A DNA stretch of 64,000 nucleotides, taken from NCBI GenBank assembly GCA_918797485.1, contig CAKKNE010000002.1, forward strand, positions 3,968,001 through 4,032,000, read 5' to 3'. Source of the DNA: Pelagomonas calceolata. Its lineage: Eukaryota. The translations under genes and the position numbers were made by a program. The notes under the pieces are model-generated. The model saw only the letters and a program-made list of their open reading frames with translations. It did no database searches and had not been told where the DNA came from. Of the stretch, positions 48,738-59,400 are shown piece by piece (position 1 is the stretch's first letter; each line of letters begins with the position of its first letter).

Positions 48738-51700
48738 ATGAAAGGCTCGAACCAGACGAGCCGCGCCATCATCCGGGGCGGCGCGAACACGGGCCGTTTT
48801 GACAGAGGAGAAGATGTGCCGAATGCGGGCGACGTTACGCTGCGGGACCCGGTCTCGCAGGGGCCCATCGAGACGCACGCGCTCTATGGTGCGGCCACGC
48901 CCAATGTCGGCAGCGCGTGGGCTTTGCCACGAGCCCATCCCCTGTGGGCGCCCATGGACTTTGAATGTAAGGAACTAACGAAGGAGACACCGGCGCAGCG
49001 GGAAGAGCGCTTGGCGCGCTTCGAGCCGCCCGCGGAACCGCGGCGCCAGCTCACTTCCGAAGAAATCGTAGACGTGAGAAACAAGTGCCGGGCCCACTTC
49101 GCCTCGAAAAAAAATACGGAAGCGGGCCGCGTCGACTTTATGGCATCAGACAAGTTCGCGGGCAAAAAACCGGGCTACTACTTCGGGCGGAGCGCCAAAG
49201 GCATGGGGTATCATATCGATTATGCCCAGATGCGCCGATTGATGACGTTGTCGCCGGGCGACCGGTGCGAAGCTAGATATCAGAAGGTACGGCGGTATTT
49301 TGATGGAGTCGTCTGCGCGGCGCACGTATGAAACGGCGTCCTTTGTCACGGCGCGTCGCGTCGATGGCGTCGAGTTCACAGCGCGTCGCGTCGATGGCGT
49401 CGGGGGTCCACGCCGTCGCTCGAAGCAACCGCGTCGCACCGACGCCGTCGCGGCGAGAGAGCGAGAGCGAGTGATCCACAACACAGGACGACGACTGCTC
49501 CTACGACGTCCGCTTCAAGCACGGCCACGTCCAGCTGCGCGTACCATGTGAACACTGTAGGAAGAAGGCCTGGGTCGGCGTCCTCAAGGAAAATGACGGC
49601 GTGAGCCGGTCGCTGATGGCGGCGAACCCCTTGACCGAGAAGAACGACGCGTCCGTGCGGTGGTACGAGAAGCTGCTGCTGTGGGAGCAGGGGAAGCTAG
49701 AAGAGGCGCCGTCTCCCGATTTTGAAGAGGGTGGTAATCCGCTGGCGTTGCTCGAGGCCATGGCGCTCGCCGAGGACCAGGACGTTTCGGATGAAGCGCC
49801 CCGACTGGATAATGCGGGCGCGGAGGCCCTCGTCGCGTCGAGCACGAAACCCGAGAGCGCCTCGTATCAACGCGTCTGGGACGAGGACGGCCGGCCTCTA
49901 CGATCAGGACCGCCGACGCACCAGGACTATTATGGTAATGATGCGCCAGCATCACAGGAAGAACTAAGCGCCACGCGCGACAAGCCCTATTTACTAAATG
50001 GCGACGACTCCGTCCAGAAGTGGATCACTACACCTAGTGAATCGGAGAAGAAGCCAGCTGCGGGCTCGTGTGTCGAGTGCCACGTCATCAAGAGACATCT
50101 AGATGGTTCGATTTGCGCGACGACGCACGACGGCGACCCCTTACAACTGAAACTTTTTTGCGATGAGGACCGGAACGGCGTGCCAAATGCAGACCGCTAC
50201 GTCCAGGGCCTGCACGAGGGCTTGAGTTCGATGCGCGTCGGGGAAATAGCGCACTTCGTCGTCGCGCCGGAAAAGGCCTATGGTCTCAAAGGTTTATATC
50301 CGACGGTGCCCGGGGCGACGAAACGACACCCGCGGGGGTCTTGGTTGTGGTACGAGGTCGAGTTACTAGCCATCGAGGAAGACGCCTCGACGACACAGAT
50401 CACGGACCCGCGGTCCTTCTTCTTATTGCAGCGGCCGGACGGCTACGACTGGACCGGATTGACGCAACAGGAAGATCAAGCCTGCGGTTTTTGTGGAAGG
50501 CCGGAGCGAGCCCTGCACCAGCGCAAATTTAGGAAGTGCGGCCGCTGTAAAGTACAAATCTACTGCTCCGCGGACTGCGCCAAGCGGCACTGGCCCACGC
50601 ACAAGCTCACGTGCTCGAAACCGGAAGATCATCTCGTGCTCGAGGCCGAGGCGTCTCTCACACATGCGTTAACTGTGAAAAGAGACGACGCCGTCGCGAC
50701 ATATATCTCCACGAAACTAGGACATGTACCACCCAAGATCTTGGTGATCGTCGCGTATCGGAACCAGTTACCCTTACAGGACCGCCAGCCGCAGTTGTTC
50801 AAGTTCGTGCCCTACATGATCGCGTTCCTCGGAAGTTGTCGACCGCGACCGGATTTTAAGATTGTCGTCGCGACGCAGACGGATGATGGGCGGAAGTTCA
50901 ATCGAGGAAGGTTGATGAACGCGGCCTTCCGGGAGATGCGCGGTGACGAGTATGATAGTGTGATCTTCCACGACGTGGATATCCTCCCTTCCGAAGAGCT
51001 CATGCCCTACTACGCCACGCCACCTTGTGAAGGGAGACCCTGCCATCTCGGGGGACGGTGGCGCTCGAAATATACGGAGGATGCCTTTGTCGGGGGCGCC
51101 ATCGCCTTTCGTCCCGCAGACTTCGTGAGAATTAATGGCTACGCGAACGACAACTGGGGCTGGGGTTTGGACGACGAGGAGTTAGGTCTGAGGATGGTCG
51201 AGTGCGGTTTAAGGGTTGTGAAGCCTTCTGTTGGAACTTATTGTGATTTGGACCCGATCAACCTACACAACATTGTTCATAGTGATGAAAGGGGCTACTA
51301 CTCCGAGTGGTGGAATCTGGACATGGAGAACGGTAAATGTAAACCGAAGCTGGGTGCCATCGATTGGTCGCTTTATAAAACGTGGTTCCGGGCGCGGGGG
51401 CTCTGCGACATCGCCGGGAACTCGGAATTGGTGGCGAGGACGCACGAGTTCGGGGGAAGGGTCGTGCGTCTGTTATATGCTCTGGAGAACGACCATGAAC
51501 GGAAGGAGGGCACCGTCGCCCTCGTGTCCGCGCGCATGTCGATGCGCGCTTGTTTAGATCGGTGTGGAAATCAAAAGTTCACTTCATGCTGAATCATCGC
51601 GTCGTCCTCCACGCCATCGACGCGCCACCTGCTCGATGGCGTGGCGATGCCGGTTCCTCACCGCTCGACGGAGCCCGCACGGCCGCGTCGTCGCCGAGAA

Positions 51701-51920
51701 TGCACCCGACACACTGGTTGATGTCCACACAGGTTTAGATGCGAAGCTGACCGGACCGGTCGCTGAGAGAGCCTTGGCGCAGACGCAGCAGCTCGCCGCG
51801 CTCGGGAACCTCGACGCGCGGAAGCCGCGAACCATGGACCTGCATAAGCTGGCGCCGGAGCAGCGCCTCGCCCTCCAGGACTCCGCGCCGCCGCGGCCGC
51901 GGCGCCGGCTCGCCGGCTAG
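48738..51920 (+). CDS. Multidomain protein: Tudor-like, FKBP-like, MYND zinc finger, GT7 (beta-1,4-galactosyltransferase-like); exons 48738-49325, 49487-51551, 51733-51920
   Basis: Two GT-AG introns join three ORFs in frame; GLHEGLSSMRVGE..APEKAYG; CGFC..CGRC..YCSADC..HW.THK.TC; FNRGRLMN, FHDVD, INGYAND.WGWG.DD. Confidence 0.8.
49346..49405 (+). repeat. Two tandem 30-bp units inside intron 49326-49486
   Basis: GCGCGTCGCGTCGATGGCGTCG at 49351 and 49381. Confidence 0.8.
51552..51732 (+). mobile_element. Introner element (non-autonomous DNA transposon forming a 181-nt intron)
   Basis: Exact 8-bp TSD GTTTAGAT at 51552-51559 and 51733-51740; TIRs CGGTGTGGAAATCAA (51560-51574) and TTGATGTCCACACAG (51718-51732) match 13/15; splicing restores the frame. 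Confidence 0.9.
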
Positions 51921-52168
51921 TTTTGTTATTTTGTCGCGTAAGTGCCTTCCCGTAGTTGGAACGCCCCCCGGGAGCAGAGCTAACACTCGGGGCGACGGCG
52001 TACGTGGGCGGGGCGGGCAGACCCCGCGGCGGTCGTGGTGGCTAGGCGGCCTAGCCTGAGGTAGCTCTAAGCAAAGCAAGAGAAAAAAAGCAGGTGGATG
52101 CGGGTCCTCTTAGCATCGTGCCCCGGGAGCGGGGTGCGTCGGAGGGCCGGGGAGGGGGCGCACCCTTT

Positions 52169-54633
52169 CTAGACGGCAAGCGCGGACTGCTGGTCGCAGT
52201 TGTCGCCCGTGTAGCCCGTGAAGCACTCGCAGAGGCCGTCGTCGCCGTTGCAGAGGCCGCGGCCCGAGCACTGCTGGACGAACTCGTACGACGTCGGGCC
52301 GGGCTCGAACTTGACGATGGAGTGGATGCCGACCAGCTGGGTGCCCGCCGTCGCGCCGCTCGTGTCGCCCTCGTCCATGACCGACCCGCGGAAGGCCGAG
52401 CGCGCGGCCGTGGCGGAGCCGTCCCAGTTGATGGCCTTGTCGACGACGAAGTAGAAGCGGTCTTCCGTCGTGCCGGTGGAGGCCGACGGCGCGTCGACGC
52501 CGACCTTGACGACGGTGTAGAGGTTGCCCGTGTTCGCCGAGGCGGCCGCGTCGGCCACCGAGACCTTGACGCCGTCCTGGGCGACGGGCATGTACGGCAG
52601 GAGCACCTTGTCGCCCTTGTTGAGGCACGCGTTGAGGTGGTTCGAGTCGCAGGACACGTCGGCGGACGTGTAGACCGTGGTCGAGTACTTGGCGAAGCGC
52701 GCCGTGACGGACGCCGTGACGTCTCTATCGATGTTGCCGGACGGGTTCGAGTCGCGGCCCTGGCCGCTCGTGCGGTTCGCGAGCACCGTGGCCGTGCCGT
52801 CGGTCGTGAAGACGCTCATGTCCACGCCGACCTCGGGCAGGCCGCTGAAGTAGAAGCGCTCCGTCGCGTCGCCCTCCTTGCCCGCGCCGTAGTAGGCGAG
52901 GTAGTACTTGCCGGCGTCATAATCGTCGGCGACGCCCGACGCGTCTTCGCGCGCGGTCGGCGTCTTCGTGAGCTTGACGACGTGCGGGTGCCACGTCGTG
53001 TTCGTCAGGCCGTAGTCCCAGTTGTAGACCTCGAGGTTGTTCGAGGCGTCGCCGTCGGCGTCTCCCAGACACGCCTTGAGGAGCTTCACCGCGGCGGCGT
53101 CGAAGCCGGTGCCGCTCGCGTAGGCGAAGCCGCCGGCCTCGACCTCCGAGGAGCCGCCCGAGTTCCCCGCCCCCGCGTCGGCGACGGCCGTCGCCTGGAG
53201 CGTGACGCCGTCGCACATCGTCGGGAAGTAGTCGATGTTCTCGCCCGAGATGCCCCGGGCGTTCGCGAGGACCTTGACGTCGACGTCGAATTTCACCTTA
53301 TTGTCGTCGGTGCCCGAGTGGCCGATGGCGTAGACCGAGGGCCGCGTGCCGTCCAAATTCGCGTTGATCTCGATGGGCTTGAGGTCGCCGAGGTTCTCCG
53401 TGAAGGTGAGGTCGTACTCGACCTTGTTCCGCGCGGTGAGGCTTCCGACGTTGGGGGTTATCTCCGAGCAGATCACGGAGCCCGCGGGGACGATGTCGTT
53501 CGCCATGGACTCGAGCGCGGCCTTGATCTCGATGCAGCCCGCCGTCGCCGCGAGCGGGTCCGTCTGGTAGTCCTCGCCGAAGGCGTCGTAGAACTTGATG
53601 GCGTAGGTGCCCGTGATGGAGAGGCCCGTGCTCAAGTCGCCGTCGGCGTCGGCGTTGCCGAGTTCGTCCATTGCCTCGAGGTTCCCCGTCACGTTCACGT
53701 ACTGCAGGAGGACGCGCGCCGTCGGCGCGCGGATCGTCATGTAGTCGTCGTCGATGTAGAGGGGATCCAAACCGTGCTTGCACATCTTGGACTCGCACGT
53801 CGGGCCCGAGTAGCCGGGCTCGCACTTGCAGCCCATGGTGACCTCCGAGTCCCAGAGGTTGTAGACGTTGCCGTGGTCCGCGGCGGCCAGGTCCTGCGCG
53901 CTCATGCAGACGCCGTGGCCCGAGCACGTCGCGTCGCCGCAGGCCGCCTTCTGGCAGCCCGCGCCCGAGTAGCCCGGGAAGCAGTCGCACTCGCCGGACT
54001 TGCGGTCGCAGATGCCCTTGTTGCCGCACTCGGCGTAGGCGTGGCCCGTGTTCGTGAGAGACCCACCCGCCGAGTCGACCATGAGCGGGTACTGCTCGGT
54101 CGTGCCGTGGGGGTAGACGGTCGAGCCGGCGATGACGGTCGTGCTCGTGCCGCTCAGCGCGTCGGCGGAGCCGTCGAGGTCGCCCTTGGGCGTGTCGACG
54201 TGCGCCGGCACGAAGGGGCAGGTCCGCCCGGAGCAGTCGGCCTCCTGCCAGTTCGGGTAGCAGATGCACTCGTCGAACGTGCCGCAGGTGCCGTGGCCGG
54301 AGCAGGCCTGTGTTGTTTTGTGGGTCTCGTTCGGCTCTCTCGCGGCGCGGTGCGGTGTCTCTCTCGTGCGGTTCATGGGTTTCACGCGTCCGTCGCCGCC
54401 GGCGCGGCGCCAACGGCGTTGCTCGCGCGCGGGCGCGGTTTTTCGTGGGAGCGCGGCTTGTGGAAGGTCCCTGGGTGGCGGGGGCTGCCTCCGGCGGGGC
54501 GGGGGCTGCCTCTCGCGGGCCGCTCCCGGGCGGCAGCCTTTCTCTGTCCGGCCTTTGTTGCAACGCTGCTGCTCACGTTCGGGCACTCGGCGACGGCCGT
54601 GCCGGCGGCTAGCGCGAGCACGATGAGCTTCAT
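52169..54633 (-). CDS. Tubular mastigoneme protein (Ocm1/SIG1-like, EGF-like repeats); exons 54633-54577 and 54307-52169
   Basis: Signal peptide MKLIVLALAAGTAVA, ECPN|ACSGHGTC...DCSGRTCPF..AHVDTPKGDLD, ECGNKGICDRKSGECDCFPGYSG, C-terminal CSGRGLC...CECFTGYTGDNC; intron 54308-54576. Confidence 0.88.
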
Positions 54634-55028
54634 TCTGCCGTCCTCTGGTGCGCTGGCTGGATGTCCTAGCGCGCAGCGAGAGCCGCTAATATAAGCCGCA
54701 GCTCCCGGGAGGGCCAGCGGAACTGGCATTTTAGCGATCTCAGCTAATGTTTGCCCCCAAAATCTTGCGTCCGGAAATGCCCCAAACGGGACCGAGACGC
54801 TGCCAGACAGCCCCCGGAGCCCTACGGGCACGTTTGGCCCGACCCGAGACGTGTCGCCGCCGCCATGGCACACTCCATGGCACGATCTAGGGGTCCCAAG
54901 GGGAGCACTGCTGCCCGGGGACCACGCTTCGCTGTGGCGATCTACGCGCGAGCGGAGGCGCCGAACCGCACCCCCACACCGAGGAATGAACGACCGCCAA
55001 CGAACCAAATCACACACTCAATACTTAG

Positions 55029-55904
55029 TCACCTCGCCGCCGCCGCCGCGCCGCCGTCGACGCCCTCGAGCAGCGCCGCGAGGTCGCGCTCCGGCGGCGC
55101 CTGCCCGCCGGCGAGGACCGCGACGTCCTTGGCGAGCGCGGCGACGTCGCTCTTCTTCGCGTCGACGATGCGCTCGAGCGGCGCGATGGCCGGGTCCTTC
55201 CGCCGCTTCGTCTTCTTCTTCGTGGGTGGCGGCGCCGCGGCGGCACCTAACGAAAGCTCCGCGAGGCGCGACGCCGCGTCGATGACGGACCGCTTCTCCT
55301 CGAGCGTCGCGAGGGCGTCGTCCAGCGCCTTCCGCAGGTCGACGGACGTGGCGCGCTCGGCGTCGCGCTCGGCCTTGACCTTGCGCAGGTCGTCCTCGGT
55401 CGCGTGCGACGACCGCCTCAATAATTCGAGGTCGTTCCGGCACGACGACAGGGCGCTCTCCGCCTTCACGGCCTGGTCCTGGAGCACCCTTTCGTGCCGC
55501 TCGGCGAGCTCCTGCTTGTGGTCCGCGTGTGCCCGACCGTCCGCGTCGTGGTCCTCCCTCACACTATCGAGCTGGGCCTGGACCCCATCCAACTCCCGCG
55601 ACAAGCGTTCGCCGGCCTTCCGGGCCTCCTTCAATTCTCCTGCGAGTGAGCGTTGCTCGTCCCGCAGCTGTGTTATGATAGCGTCCTTCTCGGCCTCGAC
55701 GCGGGCCGCGGCCTCGCTCGTCTTCCGGTCGCAGTCGGCCCGCTGCTGCCTTTCTTGTAATTCGCGCACTCGCAAATCCTCATCCCTCATAAGCTGGCTC
55801 TGCGCCGCGGCCCGGCTCGTCAGCGTCGTCACCACAGCTCCCGCGAAGACTAAAACGACGCACAGGTCCTTGACCCGCAGGCGGCGGCCGGCCGCCGGCT
55901 GCAT
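55029..55904 (-). CDS. Membrane-anchored coiled-coil protein
   Basis: N-terminal hydrophobic helix (LCVVLVFAGAVVTTL) followed by heptad-rich region. Confidence 0.7.
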   Translation of the reverse strand: MQPAAGRRLRVKDLCVVLVFAGAVVTTLTSRAAAQSQLMRDEDLRVRELQERQQRADCDRKTSEAAARVEAEKDAIITQLRDEQRSLAGELKEARKAGERLSRELDGVQAQLDSVREDHDADGRAHADHKQELAERHERVLQDQAVKAESALSSCRNDLELLRRSSHATEDDLRKVKAERDAERATSVDLRKALDDALATLEEKRSVIDAASRLAELSLGAAAAPPPTKKKTKRRKDPAIAPLERIVDAKKSDVAALAKDVAVLAGGQAPPERDLAALLEGVDGGAAAAAR

Positions 55905-56416
55905 CGTCGGCGTCGTGTCCGCCGGCGCTGCGCGCACGTAACTCCTGTAGGGGTGCGCAGCAATGGTGTGTCTGCTGCTGCGGCGCGCGTCGACGGCGCT
56001 GCGGCGTTCAGTACCGCTTTGTAGCAAGTGTTTGCTCCGGCGCGTCGACGGCGTGCAGGCTGTTGGATACGGCTGCGGAAGCACTGTCGACGCGTCTCTG
56101 AGTTTTTTTGCAGGCCTTTTTGTTAAATTTGCAAACCCGAAGAGTCTAGAGTGTTTGTGAGGCTAGGCATTACTGCGCGCACATAAGGGCCTTGTGGCAG
56201 CATTGATAGGCGTGCACGCGAAATAGTTCTTCTGACAGCTGAGTTTTCGACGGCCTGCGCTGGACGCTTGCCTCGCACTGCTTTTCTTTTGCCCGCACGC
56301 CATCGATCGAGGAGTGGACTGCGCCTTGACGCCCGCGTCGCGATATACCAGCGATAACCATTGCTGGGCAGCGCGCTGCACGCCAAACGATTGCCGGCCA
56401 GGAGCGCTGCACAACG

Positions 56417-59400
56417 ATGTCGACGCCTGAAGAAAAGAAGGACGCCAGCAAACTACGCGGAGACGCGCCGGCGTTCAGCTTCGGCGCGCCGCCGCCCGCC
56501 GCGGCCGCGCCGACCACCCTCAGCTTCGACGCGCCCAAGGAGCCCACGCGCACCTCCACGGACTCGCCGGACAAGCCGGCCGAGGACGAGGTCGGCATCC
56601 TCTTTCAGGTGGCCGACCAGGAGGGGGTCGCCCAGCACGCGTTCAGAGTGAACATACTTCGTGAGGAGGCCCAGAGCAAGCCGGTGCTAAAGCTGGTGCA
56701 GGAGGTGTTGATCAACAGGAACCGGCAGCAGACTCAGGTCGACGAGTGCCTGCCGGAAATCCTCAAGGGCCTGCGCCTCCCCGACGCCCAGTTCCACCGA
56801 CCCGACGTGGGAAAGCGGCTCGCCGCGGGGGACACCCTACTCGAGCCCGGAGAGACCCCCGACGCCACTGTAATGCTGATTGCCATGTGCGGCGGCGGCG
56901 CCCGAGCGGACATGGTACTCGTGGTCGGCGACGCGCGTGGCTACGTCGGGTCGCGCGCTTTGAACATCCATCGGTTGGGGGACCGATCACTCGGCGACGC
57001 GGCAGCCGCGGCGTGCGAATTGCCCCGAGACGAGTGGGCGCGCGGCGTGAGCGCGAGCCTGGCGCTCGTCAACGACGACGTCGCCATCACCGAGGTCTCC
57101 CACCAGCTCGTGGAGGCCAAAGCGCCCTGGTGCGGGATCTCGATTGAGCTCGACCCCACGGTCCCGGCCGCCGAAGCCCTCCAAGACGCGCCGCGACCGC
57201 CGCTCGTGCTCGTGCGCCGTGCGGACGACCACTTCGCGCGGCACGGCTTGAAGACGACGAGCGTCGACATCGCGTGGGCGGGCGGCCGCATCGAGGCCAT
57301 CGCCGTGCGCGAGTGGCCGGTGCCGCGGACGCCGCGCATGTGGGCCGAGTGGGCGCTGCGGACCGTCTCCGCGCCCCTTGTGCTGCACGGCATGATGTCC
57401 CCGCAGCTCCGCGACGCCGTTGTCCAGCAAGCGATAGAAAGCATGGACATGGACGACGTCGCCGTCGCCGTCGACGGCGCGCCGGCCGCTCAGATGGTCC
57501 CAGGCGATGAGCTTGAGGTGGCCCACCCGGAGCGCCTCGTCATACAGACCTCCGGCAACCTGTTCCAAGACCAGCCAGAAAACGGGTCCTACCTCGCGGT
57601 GTCCGCGATGACGGCGGCATGCATGCGGCGCCTCGAGGCCGGCGAGGAGCTGTACGCCCCCAAGTCAACCTGGCGCGCGCTCGAGGTGCGCAGCCGCCTC
57701 TACAAGGCGCGCAAGGACGATATTAACGCGGGTAATACTCTCGCGACCGCGCACACGTGTCTGGAATTTCTGCACGCGCTGGGTCTGTTCGAGGCGGCGG
57801 GCCGGCTCGACCGCGCCGACGCGGCGCGCGCCATCGACTGCGTCATGGAAATCGAAAGCTACTTCAGGGCGGCCAACGCGCCGATCTTTACGTGTGTGCT
57901 GGGCGTCGACGGCGCTGCGCGGGAACAAGCCGAGATTTTCGCGAGCCGGTTGGGGGTGGCCTCGTTCCTCACGCTCCGGCGGGTGCCGGAGCTGCAGAAA
58001 TTACAGGCGAGTATCCATGGCGACTACGACGAAACGACCGTGGCCTGCAGGGCGCTGGAAGCCGTCGAGAACGTGCGGAGGCAGCTCGCGATGCCCAATC
58101 GGGAATCACGCACGCGCGGCCAGCCGCACGTCGCCGCGTTCTGTCTGAGCGTGTTGTGTCAGGCCGCCGCCACGCGGGACAGACGGGCGTTCGTGCTGGG
58201 CGAGTCGAGAGATACCCGTGTTTCCCTGAACTTGCTTTTGGCCCTGCCCATCGATCTACTGGAGGCGCCGCTCGACGAGTCGTACCTCAATCCCGAGCAG
58301 CAGTCGCGGCTGCGCGAAACCATCTCCGATTTGCTGCTGCTGTGGGACCTGGTGCGGCCGGCCGGTGTGTCCAAAGACTTTAGGCAGCATTGCGAAGCTC
58401 TCGCGGACCGGGCGGAGTCCAAGGGCGAAAGCGACGCCTACGTGTCCGGCCAGATGCTTCGCGACCTTATGGAGAAGCTGCGGGGCGATCGGGCGTCGAA
58501 GCGGGCGGGGGTCCAGCGCAAGCTGTTGTTGAGGAAGTTAGAGCCCGACAAAGTGTACTCGAATTTGATCGTGCGGGACCCGCCGGCGGGCCTCCGCGCC
58601 CTGTTGGCGCGGTTCCGCGTCGCGCCGAGACTGCGCGACGCGCGGCCCTCGCCGCCCAATGCGCCGAAGCCTGCGGCGCCTGCGGCGCCGCCCACGTCCT
58701 GGAGCGACGACGAGGCGACGACGTTGCCGCAGCACGGCTCCGAGGCCAAAAAAAAGAAGAAGCTCGGCGCCAAGGCCGCAAAGAAGAAGCGCCAGAAGGA
58801 GCGAAAGAAGGCCGCCGCGCTGCGAGCGGCGGCGGCGCGCGCGGAAGCGCCCGCGGTCGCTCAGCCCGAGGCGCGGGAAGCGGCCCAACCCGAGGCCGAG
58901 CGCGCGCCCTCGCCGGACGTCGACGAGGCCGAGACGGCGTCCGAGGCGTCTGCTGACGATGTCCGCGCGACGCGGCGCGACGCGGCTGAGAAGTTGAAGG
59001 TGGTTGGCTTCGACGGGATGTCGGATGATGAATTGCGCCAGGCCTGTCGGTATCACGGGCTGGGGGTCTGGCGCCGTCCCGACAGGAAAAAGTGCGAGGA
59101 GGCGCTGACAGAGTACCTCGAGTGGGAGTCTCGATATAACCGTCGCCAGACGCGGATGAGGGCCAACGTCCGCGCGATCGTCTCAGCACGAGAGAGCGTC
59201 TACGTCTCGCAGCTCCCCGAACTTTATCGAAGGAAGTACGGCCGCAAGCTCGAGACGTACGAAAAGTTGACCGAGTTTCTCGCGGAGACCCCGGGCCTGG
59301 AGATGGTGGATGGCATCGCCGGCGGCTCTGTTCGATTGGCGCCGGTGCCCGCTCCCCTAATGTCCGACGACGTCGCGTCCGGCACGTCGCTAGACGCCGC

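Noticed and set aside
52094..54694. 866-aa plus-strand ORF
   Set aside because: Antisense shadow of the high-GC3 mastigoneme gene; R/V/G/A-rich with no motifs
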